A stretch of DNA of 63,998 bases, counting the filler, from Welwitschia mirabilis (lineage: Eukaryota): the NCBI GenBank assembly GCA_051453625.1. It is 3 parts of one record of this genome, joined end to end, with 100 filler letters (N's around TTAATTAATTAA, not from the genome) between each part and the next. Parts side by side here need not be neighbours in the genome. Positions count along the whole stretch, not along the records: positions 31,348 to 61,915 come from JBOZIK010000001.1; positions 62,016 to 63,998 come from JBOZIK010000001.1; 1 more part is not named here. One strand, written 5' to 3'. Positions 52,880 through 63,998 of the stretch are shown here, piece after piece; within the stretch, counting starts at the first letter, position 1, and every line of letters begins with the position of its first letter. Position numbers and translations under genes: made by a program. The notes below the pieces were generated by a model that ran no database searches, was not told the origin of the DNA, and worked only from the letters and a program-made list of their open reading frames with translations.

Positions 52880-54376
52880 ATGTGAAACCTACCAAGGAAA
52901 ATACAAAGGACACAAATATTTCAAGTAAATGCAAGTGTAAAGATAATGTATGGAAACTAATTATTAATAGTGGTAGCACAAATAATCTATTTTTTAAAGA
53001 AATGGTTAAAAGGTCGAGTTTAGAAACTATTTTACATTCATCTACATATATAATTTCTTTACTATAAAAGGGCTCCATATCATTATTTTAGATGAATGTT
53101 TCATGAATTTAAATATCAGTATCCTTAATAATTAATTTATGTATGATGTGATTCATATGGATGCATGTTCTTTATTATTAATGAGACCTTGGTAGTATGG
53201 CATTTGGTGCATATAAAATATCAAAGATAATACTTATATCATTATAGATAGAAATAGAAAAATATATGAGATCCTTCAAAATATATAGAAGATTCTTAAG
53301 CATAATATGAGGGTATGCTAGTTGGGAAGAAGAATATCTTAAGGGATATAGAAAAGAAGAATATGATTTGGTAGTGGTAATAAAGACATCTCTAAAACAA
53401 TAACATTGAGATCACCTAATGGAGATAAAAAGGTGTTATATTCTTTTAAAAGATACATTTATGAAGAATTTACCTTCTAATTTGAAACCTCTTAGAAGAA
53501 TAAATAATTAAATTATATTTGATTCCTAGTTCATATTTTAAAATAATGTGGAATATCATATGACTTCTTACTAGATATAAGAGATTAATAGGTAAGTGTA
53601 AGATTCATTAGATAATGGGTTGATTAGTAGAATCTGTCTTAAAATTCTATTCAAATATTTTTAACTCTAAAGAAATATGGACAATAAAGGTGCTAAATCA
53701 TAAATATTAGGATTTTTTCATGATTCCTTTTTGAAGGAAAATAAAGATCCATTAAATTATATGAAGAAGCCTTTAATAATGGTAGAAGATTATGCTAAGA
53801 AGAATGTAGAGTTACATGAGCATGTACATTAGATGTTAGAGGCATCTAATTCTAAAATAAAGGATAAAATAGACTAACATAGAAAATGTATGGAATTTAA
53901 ATAAGATAACTTAGTAATGATACATTTGAAGAAGGATAGATTTCTACTAGGAATATACAAGTTCAAATATTAAAAAGTTGGGCTATGTAGAATCAATAAG
54001 ACAGTTTTACCAAATGCTTGCTAGTTGGATATCATTAAAAATCTAAGTATATCACCTCTATTTAATATTGCAAATTTGAAAAACTATCATGGAGATATTA
54101 AATAAGATAAGACACAAATCAAAGAGCTTCAAATATTATACAAATAAAAGGAGAAGATGAAGGAATGACCTTCTATAATTGGAATCCATAAGAAAAATTC
54201 ATGTCAAAATTTATATAAGAAGTATCTTAAGCAATTTCAAAAAAATCACTTAGAAGATGCAATTTGGATTGTAAAATAAATCTATCTACACATAAGATGC
54301 ATAAGTTCTTAAAAAATTATTTTTTTAATTAGTTAAGAATCTATCTATTAAGGTTTTAGTATTCTTATGAGGGGAT
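52880..54376 (+). mobile_element. Internally deleted Ty3/Gypsy (CRM-like) remnant: protease to integrase C-terminus and PPT
   Basis: KLIINSGSTNNL (IIDSGS), DVIHMDACSLLLMRPW*Y, LVMIHLKKDRF, ISPLFNIANL; PPT-like ATGAGGGGA at 54368-54376. Confidence 0.8.
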
Positions 54377-54655
54377 ATTTTGGGGGATAGGGATTCTACA
54401 TGTGTAATTATCATGTTGAAAATTAATAACTATTTAAATAAGTATGTTTTGAGGAAATCTGTGTGTAAGAAATATGTTATGTTTAGAGGGAATTTAGTGT
54501 TAAGTTATTATTTATCAATTGAATATCAAACTAATGTTTTTTGTTTAGCAAAATGTGTTGTATCTTGTGTAGAAAATATTAATCATTACAAGTCAAAAGC
54601 TAAAATAAACTGTCACTTTTTGATCTTAAACCTGTCAGTTTTTATATCCTTCTAA

Positions 54656-55165
54656 GGGGTCAACCAAACTTATAACAGGTCAACTACACCTAAAGTGTAC
54701 CAAAAAACAAACTAAATTCAAAGGGATGGACTAGACATATGAGGGGTTGATTGGACCTATGCATCTAATACTTCTTAGCCAATTGTCAAGGGGTTAATTG
54801 GATTCTTAAGGGATTGACTGGATATGAGCATGAATACTTTATAGTTAATAGTTAAGAGATCAACCAGATTCCTAAGGAATTAACTAGACCTGGAGTGTCA
54901 TTCACCCTTTTATCAGTAAGAAGTCAATCAATCATTTATGGGGTCGATTGAACCTAGAGCAGAAAACTATAATATATTTTTTCTTGACCAAGGGGATAAC
55001 TAGATAAACATGTAGGTGACTGGATAAGCAGTCAACCAAGCCATGAGGGGTCAACTAGACATAGAGATGTAATAAAAAGGGGTTGAGTAGAAGAACATTA
55101 GGGCAATCAACTTCAGTGACGGTTCTAAATGGAGTCGATTGGACTTTTGAGGGTTTGACCAGTTA
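54656..55165 (+). repeat. Array of ~15 degenerate palindrome-core motifs (approx. GGGGTCGACYGGAC) in a probable LTR
   Basis: GGGGTCAACCA, GGGGTTGATTGGAC, GGGATTGACTGGA, GGGGTCGATTGAAC, GGGGTCAACTAGAC, GGAGTCGATTGGAC and others; TATA-like TTATATA near 55258. Confidence 0.75.
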
Positions 55166-56099
55166 TGATAAAAATGGGATTTTTCTAGCTACTATGTATC
55201 CTTTTTATGTTATTTGAAAGGTTTTTTTAAACTTGTACAAACCCTCAAATTCTTCCATTATATATTTTCCAAGAGTCAAAATCATTACACCACTTTTGAA
55301 TCTTTTGGAAATCATTCATTGTACTCATTGGCATCTCCTACCTAACTAAAGATNNNNNNNNNNNNNNNNNNNNNNNNNNNNNNNNNNNNNNNNNNNNNNN
55401 NNNNNNNNNNNNNNNNNNNNNNNNNNNNNNNNNNNNNNNNNNNNNNNNNNNNNNNNNNNNNNNNNNNNNNNNNNNNNNNNNNNNNNNNNNNNNNNNNNNN
55501 NNNNNNNNNNNNNNNNNNNNNNNNNNNNNNNNNNNNNNNNNNNNNNNNNNNNNNNNNNNNNNNNNNNNNNNNNNNNNNNNNNNNNNNNNNNNNNNNNNNN
55601 NNNNNNNNNNNNNNNNNNNNNNNNNNNNNNNNNNNNNNNNNNNNNNNNNNNNNNNNNNNNNNNNNNNNNNNNNNNNNNNNNNNNNNNNNNNNNNNNNNNN
55701 NNNNNNNNNNNNNNNNNNNNNNNNNNNNNNNNNNNNNNNNNNNNNNNNNNNNNNNNNNNNNNNNNNNNNNNNNNNNNNNNNNNNNNNNNNNNNNNNNNNN
55801 NNNNNNNNNNNNNNNNNNNNNNNNNNNNNNNNNNNNNNNNNNNNNNNNNNNNNNNNNNNNNNNNNNNNNNNNNNNNNNNNNNNNNNNNNNNNNNNNNNNN
55901 NNNNNNNNNNNNNNNNNNNNNNNNNNNNNNNNNNNNNNNNNNNNNNNNNNNNNNNNNNNNNNNNNNNNNNNNNNNNNNNNNNNNNNNNNNNNNNNNNNNN
56001 NNNNNNNNNNNNNNNNNNNNNNNNNNNNNNNNNNNNNNNNNNNNNNNNNNNNNNNNNNNNNNNNNNNNNNNNNNNNNNNNNNNNNCACGGGTTGTCCAC

Positions 56100-59000
56100 C
56101 CATGTTTGATAGATCAAACTATGCATATTGGAAATCTCATATGAGAATATTACTTAGAATCCTAAATGTGGACATTAGAGAGGTCATTTATAATGGATAT
56201 ATTATGCCTACTCTGACTAAAACTGATGTTCATGGTAATACCATTATAGTTTTAAAAACCCAAGACTAATGGACCCTTACTGATAGATCTAAAGATACCA
56301 TAAATTCTCATACTCTTAGTGCCATTTTTTGTGTAGTTTGTATAGACGAGTTCAAATGGATTGTAAATTGTGAAAATGCAAAAGAAGCATGGTATATTCT
56401 TGAAGTTGCACATGAAGGGACGTCCACTGTCAAGCAGGACAAACTCCAAATTCTCATTTCCAAATTTGAAGACATTCATATGGATAAGGGAAAAACATTA
56501 TAGGAATTATTTACTAGACTTATTGACATTGTTAATTTCATGATGAGTCTAGGTGAAAGAATGGATGAGGCAAAAGTGGTTCAAAAAGTACTAAAATTCT
56601 TTCTAAAAAGGTTTGAGCTAAAAGTCACTGTAATCGAAGAAAGCAAGAATATCAACATGATGGCTCTTGAAGAGTTGCAAGGTAATTTACAAACTTATGA
56701 ATTAAAATTTTCTAAAGATAGAAAGAAAGATATTACTTTGAAATGTATGCATGAAGAGTACAGGTTAGAAAAATCAGATGAAGATCTTCATGATGATGAA
56801 TTTTCTCTATTAGTAAGAAGATTTAAGAAATTTTTATACAAAACAAATAAAGAAGGTAAGTTTAGTAGAGAAATGAAACTAGGTCACTCAAAGTTTATAA
56901 AAGATCAAGATAAAGGAAAAGAAATCCAATGTTATGCATGTAAAGTCTTTGGACACATGATAAATAAGCGTTCGAACAATAACAAAGAATAAAGAAAGTC
57001 AAAGACGTCTTCATTCATTATTATATGGAACAATGTGGTTGAGGATGATAATAGTTTTTCTAGCCAAGATTCGCATGGAGATCGAAGGCTCTTCTCTATG
57101 GTAATTATGCCTTCATTACAAAACCTACCTAGTACATCTAAACTTGATGATTTGGACTTCATTGAAGAAGATCAAAATGAGTTCAAAAATACCTATCAAC
57201 AACTTTACATGGACTGTGAAAAGTTGGTAAAGTGCATAAATGATCTAAACAAGATTGTGAAAAAATCACCAAAGAAAAAGAGGAATTAGAAATAAAATAC
57301 AAGATGGACAAATTTAAAAATTTCAAACTTGCACTAAAGATAAAGAACTTATCACACTTTTTTAATAAATTTTTTAGTGTCTCAAATAAATTAGAACAGA
57401 TGCTTAAAATACAGAAACTGGTTGATGATAAGATAGATATTGGTTTCATCCCCAAAGATCACAACATCAGTAGAATTAGATAACTTGGCAAAATAAGTTT
57501 ATTTCTAAAGTTAGATGTCATTTTTATGGTAGATCAGGTTATTCAAAGTTATTTTGTAATGTTAGAAAATTGATGTTATTTTCAAATTCAGTAGTAACTT
57601 TCCATTTAAATTTATTCCAAGAAGAGATGTACCACATCAGTCTAAAAGGACTAAGTGGATGAAAGCTAATGATCTGAAAAGTCTTTTGATTCAAATAGCT
57701 TTCAAGGTTTCAAGTGGCACTAGCTAGTATTTAGACAGTGGATTCTCTTAGTATATGATGGGAGATAAATCTAGATTCAAATAGCTAAATGATTTTGATG
57801 AAGGAGAAGTTACTTTTAGTGATAATGGAAGAGCCAAAATTAAAGGAATCGAAAGTATTGGTGGAGGTAAATTATCTAGAATAAATAAAGTTTTATATGT
57901 CAATGGTTTAAAGCATAATTTACTTAGCATTAGTTAAATTTGTGACAAAGGTCATAAGGTCATATTTTATAGTACTACATGTGAAGTTAGACATGGTAAA
58001 ATGAATGATATTATTCTCAAAGAAAATAGAATAGATAATGCCTATAGCATTGATCAATCGTTTTCTACTTGCTATTTTTCTCATGTTAATCAAGAAGAGC
58101 TTTGGCATAAATGTTTAGGTTATATGAATTACAATCATTTGAAAATGATTATTAGAAAATAAATTATCAAAGGAATTCCAAAAATAAATTTTAAAAACAT
58201 GGTATTTGTAATGCATGCCAAAAAGGAAAACAAATAAGAACATCATACAAGAGAAAGAACCAAGTTTCCACAACCATGCCTTTAGAACTTATTCATATGG
58301 ACTTGGTAGGACCAGCTTAAACTCAAATTTTAGAAGGTTAATGCTATTTTTTAACCATGGTTGATGATTTGTCAAGATACATATGGATTGCCTTTCTTTC
58401 AAACAAATCTAAAACATATAAACATTGGTTAAAATATGCAACATAATTTAAAATGAGAAAGGCTATACAATAAAGAAAATAAGAAGCGATCATGATGATG
58501 AATTTGAAAACTATTTATTTGAAAAGTATTAAATTAAAAATGGTATTGATCATCAATTCTATGTCTCTAAAACACTTCAACAAAATGGAATTGCTAAGAG
58601 AAAGAATAAAGTCCTCTAAGAAAGAGCAAGAATAATGTTAAATGACAAGGAGATTCCAAAATCTTTTTGGGCTAAAACTATTAGCATCATGTGTTATACC
58701 ATAAACAGAGTTTACTATAGACCTAGAATGGATAAAATTCCTTATGAGTTGTGAAAATGAAAACAACCAAATGTTTCTTATTTTAAAGTCTTCGAGAGTA
58801 AGTGTTATGTGTTAAAGGATAGAGAGCAAATAAGAAAATTTGAATCTAAGTCTAATGAAGTAATATTTTTAGGATATTCAACTAGAAGTAGAGCCTATTG
58901 TGTTTTTAACAAGAGAAGCTTAACTATGCAAAAATCAATAAATATGCAAATAGATGATGTTATCACAAAATCTATCCCTTTTAGTAATGAAGAAAACATA

Positions 59001-60408
59001 TCTCTAAGCACCCCCACAACAAAAAAAATGTTTACTAAAAAATAAGAAGAAGTTTTAATCAAATAAATCACTACTAAAAAGTTTAAAAAGCTAAAAGATC
59101 ACCTTTTAGGATCTATTATTAGAGAAGTTAACTCAGAGATAAAAACAAGAAATTGAATGAAAAATTTCTGTGCTCACATTTATTATGTTTCGCAAATTAA
59201 ACCTAAGGAATTTGAAGAAGCAGAATCTCATGCAGAATGGATGAAAACCATGCAAGATGAGTTACAACAATTTAAAAGAAATGATGTAGGAAAGTTTGTC
59301 GAAAGGCCAAGAGACAAAAATGTTATTGAGACTAAGTGAATTTTTAAAAAAAAATGTGATGAGGAAAATAATGTCATCAAAAACAAAGCAACATTAGTAG
59401 CATAAAGCTACAACCAAATCAAATGCATTGATGTAGGTGACATATTTGCTCTAGTTGCAAGGTTTGATAGCATTAAAATGTTTCTATCTTTTACAAAATT
59501 CTAGGATATTAAAGTGTATCAAATTAATGTAAAAAGTTCCTTTTTAAATGGAACCCTAAATGAAGAAGTATACATAAAATAACTGCAAGGTTTTATAAGA
59601 AGGATTTGTATTGGATTAAAGTAAGCTCCAAGAGTTGGTATGAAAAGTTAGCCATATTTCTAAAGGAAAATGGATATATCGGTGGAACAGTAGATAAAAC
59701 TTTATTTGTTAGAAACTTAAAAAATGATTTTATCATTATACAAATTTATGTGGATGATATTATATTTGGTACTTCTAGTGAAGTATTATCAAAAGAATTT
59801 GCAAATATCATGACAACACATTTTGAGACAAGTATGCTTGGTGTAAAATATTTCTTGACTTACAGATTAAGTAATCAAAGTATGAAATTTTTATATCTCA
59901 ATCTAAGTATGAAAAGGATTTGATTAGATGATTTAGATTAGAGAATATTAAAACGACTGACACACCTATGTCAACCTCTTATAAAGTTAGTCTAGATGAA
60001 GATAAAAAGTCAGTCGATCAGAAGCTTTATAGAAGTATGATAAGAAGCTTATTATTTCTAACTATAACTAGACTCAATATTATATTTAGTATTGGTATAT
60101 GTGCAAGGTATCAAACCCAATCAAAAGAATCACACCTATAAGCAGTGAAAAGAATAATAAGATATATAAAGGGCACATGTGATTATGAATTATGGTATCC
60201 AACTAAGACATCTTTTGATCTTGCAGGATTTAGTGGTGTGAATTGAGTCGGGTTCAAAGATGATAGAAAAAGCACAAGTTGTAATTATTTTCTATTAGGA
60301 TCATGCTTAGTGGAATGGGCTAGTAAAAAAGAAAAATTCAATCTCCATTTTAATAATAAAAGTTGAGTGCTACTATTTGTATTTGTGCAAGTTTTTATAT
60401 TCAAATAG
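56100..60408 (+). mobile_element. Near-full-length degenerate Ty1/Copia (Sirevirus/Maximus-like) gag-pol
   Basis: Gag (KVTVIEESK, LQGNLQTYE, IQCYACKVFGH knuckle), protease *YLDSGFS, LWHKCLGY, integrase LELIHMDLVGP, RT IIQIYVDDIIFG, RNase H start LVEWASKK; many stops and frameshifts. Confidence 0.93.
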
Positions 60409-60409
60409 A

Positions 60410-61200
60410 TCCTATCATTTATAACTCAAATAGATGTTTTACATAATACAACATACTAGTACGAGTGGGAGTAGATCTAAAATGTCGTATCTCATTGATG
60501 TCTATGAGATGAGACTCAAGTTGCTTTGCAAAATAATACTAGGAACTAGAAATAAAGAATAATACAAGGAAATAAAGATACAATACAAGATGCAAGATGT
60601 AATCTAAACTAACATGCAATGCAAAAATAACCCTAACTTTATTTGCTTTTATCCTTAATAAAGGCTGGCCTTGATGATCTATGTCACTTAAGAAATTCTT
60701 ACCAGATCAAGGGCAATCATAAACTATAAGAATAATAAAAAAACCTAAGATGTAAACATGAAAATAAAACCAGGTTTTATATTAAAAGAGTAACAACATA
60801 TAGGTTACAAAATAGTCGAGTGTCAATGGAGGATACACAACCCTCCACCAAGTGCACGTTTTTCTATAACACATGCAAATGGATCTACTATCCTTCGATC
60901 TCCTATCACAAGGATTTTTGATGTAATGAAGATGAGAAGGAGAGTCGAAGAAGGACTTATTTATAAGAAAATACAGCAGAAAAGGACAAACAGTAAGTGA
61001 GAAAAGGCGCACTCATAAATGACTCAAAAAAAGATGAAACAGTTATGGGTCACTGTCAGAGTCAGTTACATGTTAATGTCATCTAAGCTATCATCCAAAC
61101 GACATAGGAGATGATAATACATTATAAAATATTCTCAAAATGATGACTTAGCAGTCCACATCAACAGTTATCATCCTACCTGTCATGGGGACAACAGAGG
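60410..61200 (-). mobile_element. LTR-like insertion truncating the Copia RNase H; inverted relative of 43350-44660
   Basis: Copia homology stops at ~60408; the following sequence matches 44300-44640 in reverse complement; right boundary uncertain. Confidence 0.55.
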
Positions 61201-61915
61201 GGACGACAGTTTTCTTTGATTATTTTTTTGAAGAGAACTTTAGCATTTTTGTCATTAATTCTTCTTCAAAGATATATGCATCAGAAAGTACTTTAATACA
61301 TTAAATTTGGATAAGAATCATACTTTTTCGAGATTTCCTGTTGTATCTCCAAAATCCTCAGAATTATACCTCAACCTGTATAAAAGTCCTGCAAAACGAA
61401 TCATAAAACCCTATCAAATAACCATAAATTGGTAGCACAATATAGGCCTCCAACTTAGCCTTTATCAATCCCTGATAAAAACTAGGTAAAAAACCATAAT
61501 TACAAGCCAATTTATTTTTTAAAAGATAAATTTGAAAGTTATAAAATAGGCTCATAAAACACATCACATATGTAAATGACAAGTAATGCATAATGTGTAT
61601 GAAAATTTTGAAAATTTTATATCATGAAAACTCTAAATTAAGTTAAAATTTTTTGAAAATGAGCCATGAAAATGGGTTTCTATCCCCTCCCCTCCAAAGA
61701 AAAGGCAATACATCCCCTACTGGAAAATAAAGCAAAGAAGGTAAACAGGAGTGAGAAGGCAAGTAAAAGAGGATAACTTTCCAAAATGAGGTGAAAAGCT
61801 GAGTAACGTCAAATTTGAAAAAATATAGATCTATGAAATATTCTGACAAGTAAAGAAATGGAGTGGACAATAAGAATGTTTCATCACAAAAAGAACATGA
61901 GCAGTGCTTACAACA

Positions 61916-62015
61916 NNNNNNNNNNNNNNNNNNNNNNNNNNNNNNNNNNNNNNNNNNNNTTAATTAATTAANNNNNNNNNNNNNNNNNNNNNNNNNNNNN
62001 NNNNNNNNNNNNNNN
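61916..62015. other. Artificial scaffold spacer (44 N + TTAATTAATTAA + 44 N)
   Basis: 12-mer at 61960-61971; same design as 31248-31347. Confidence 0.95.
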
Positions 62016-62376
62016 CAGTTATGATTCAAAATGCCATACTTCGCTTTTGACCCATGGAAAATAAAATAAAAACTGCAAATTCTCTATGACTTCTGATATT
62101 TCTTTCAGTGTTATTGTTGACTACCACTGGCCTCATAATAAGGCGAGTAAAATGGAAAGGCTGTAAGTGCGGTCTATTTCAGAAATGACTACGGAAGAAA
62201 GAATATACCAAATTAAGTCAGCAATAACACCACTGCTACTGGAGCTGAAAGAAAATGCATTTGAAATAGATGAANNNNNNNNNNNNNNNNNNNNNNNNNN
62301 NNNNNNNNNNAAGTTTTTACCGATATAGGAAATGGAGGAAATTAAGTGAATTTTTACTAAAACAAAACCCACCATC

Positions 62377-62664
62377 TGTAGCAAATGCAATGTGTTCAAC
62401 GACCCTACCGACTCATCCAGCAAGGAAGTCAATCATGACCTTCTTCGTCTAAAGCCCGGTATCCCGTTGGCCATTCATTGGGTGTCCGTGAATGACGTCT
62501 TTAAGAACAGAGCCTACTTCACAGAGTCCACTTCCAAGTTTGACCCCAACTCCACTCTGCCAAAATACTTTGCAAACCCAATGCTTCACTATCGCCGTCG
62601 CCATTGCCATTCTCTCCTTTACCAAGGATGCTGGTGCACTCAACTGAGAGCAATTACTCCATAG
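62377..62664 (+). other. Coding-like fragment of unknown origin
   Basis: Open frame CSKCNVFNDPTDSSSKEVNHDLLRLKPGIPLAIHWVSVNDVFKNRAYFTESTSKFDPNSTLPKYFANP with many C-ending codons; no ATG start and no family recognised. Confidence 0.3.
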
Positions 62665-62739
62665 TTTTGTCTTTTTCTTCATGGAAAATATTTCTTTAAA
62701 ATAAAAAGCTTCACTTTTGCATTCAAAAAAAAAAACCGA

Positions 62740-63660
62740 GAAAGATTGACCGAACCGAGGGGAGGACGTAGTGTTTTTCTCCAGAGAAGAATTCATAGCA
62801 GAGAATGGCAGAAGATCACAATAAGAAAAGATCACGAAGGACGTTATGGGAAGAGGAGCACCAACGTAGAGGATCATTCAAAAATGCCAAAAGAGAATAA
62901 TGTGCATCAGAGGAAATCAGGGGAAATCAGGGACAAGTGCCCAGAACGTAACAGCACAACGCCACGGTAAGTCGAATAGCGGGGAGAATTCAGCACCGAA
63001 AAAAAAAAGATAGGAGATCGAATAGGGGAGGAGAGACAACGATCAACGATAGCGAAGAATGCCACAGCAGGAGAGAACATGAGAGCAACGACATCGCAGA
63101 GGAGGGCAGAAATGCTAACACCCAGCAGATGAAGCACAACAGTGTAACATAAATGAAGGAGGGCACTGTGAAAAGAAAGGATGGATCCGAGGACACAAAA
63201 ACAAATAGTAATGCGAGGGGAGAGATGAGATAGCAAAAATCAGAAGTGAAGCATTTAAGGGAACAGTAGCAACGCTGGAACAGAGCAGAGAGTAACAACA
63301 CAACAAATCACAGGTGCCAGAGAGGCCGAAATCAGAAGAATCACAAACACCATAGCGAAAACGCACATCACAGACAATGCTAGAGGCACAAGCGCAAGAA
63401 AACAACGCAGAGCCAGCAACCAAGAGTAAAGAGAAACAGCGCAAAAGCAAAACACACAAAGAGCAGTAGCAACAAAATGCCATACACAGATAGATCAGCA
63501 ACGTTTAGGAGGCTCGGAGCGAACGGAGGGTTGTAGCGCATCATCAAAAGGCGACAGGCACCAGAAGCATAACAATAGAATAAAGAGACCATCAGAAGGC
63601 ATCAAAGGTGATCACAAAGCCGAATAGAGGCGAAAAACACACAACAGACTATCGAAGGAT
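62740..63660. repeat. T-poor, CpG-retaining tract related to 31830-32110
   Basis: Shares the exact 17-mer GAAAAACACACAACAGA (63632-63648 and 31962-31978) plus similar flanks. Confidence 0.6.
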
Positions 63661-63998
63661 ATCCTTCAGTCCTAGGTTCAAGACATTTTATTTTATTTTA
63701 TTTTATTTTTAATTTTTGTCTAAATCAACTGAAATCTACTTACGTATTTCATTGTTATTGAAAGAATTCTCAAAATTTGAAAGAATTCTCAAAATTTGTC
63801 ACATTCACTTTGAATCACCAGTCCTTAGACTTCATTAAACCTTGGGTTTGTTTCTAGGTTATTTTTGGAAGTTTTCTTTTTCTCCTTCTCTCCTTTTAAA
63901 AGCTATACTTTTCACAATAATTAGTTATATTGTTGAGATATAGTTATTAAAAAAAAAAAGAGAGAGAAATTAAGTCATTTAGATAAGTCAAATATGCT

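Noticed and set aside
54656-55165. Repeat-spacer appearance suggestive of CRISPR
   Set aside because: Eukaryotic context, short degenerate motifs, irregular spacing and no cas genes; fits an LTR motif array.
62907-63592. Stack of Cys/Leu/Ser-rich minus-strand ORFs
   Set aside because: The A-poor minus strand lacks stops in all frames; compositional artefact.

Overview
AT-rich, transposon-dense plant nuclear DNA, probably from a eudicot. It is not one continuous locus: two identical 100-bp spacers (44 N + TTAATTAATTAA + 44 N, at 31248-31347 and 61916-62015) join three separate scaffolds. The one clearly normal host gene is a 5-exon, 159-aa eIF5A (12161-15611, +) with telo-boxes and a 5'-truncated antisense LINE about 0.8 kb upstream. 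The most notable structure is a complete Pack-MULE (944-4837) with ~200-bp TIRs and a 9-bp TSD (CTACATAAG/CCACATAAG). It carries a full-length DUF3339 small membrane-protein ORF, a GH3 beta-xylosidase (BXL) fragment present in both arms in mirror orientation, and an internal third TIR end. Two other scaffold starts show gene-fragment patchworks (one a TOM1-like VHS first exon) followed by related T-poor tracts, suggesting a second gene-capturing family. The rest is decayed Copia (including a Sirevirus-like element with a palindromic LTR motif array), Gypsy (chromovirus, CRM-like), solo-LTR-like, SINE-like and 5S-derived (Cassandra-like) remnants. Family assignments come from recalled motif consensus, not database searches.
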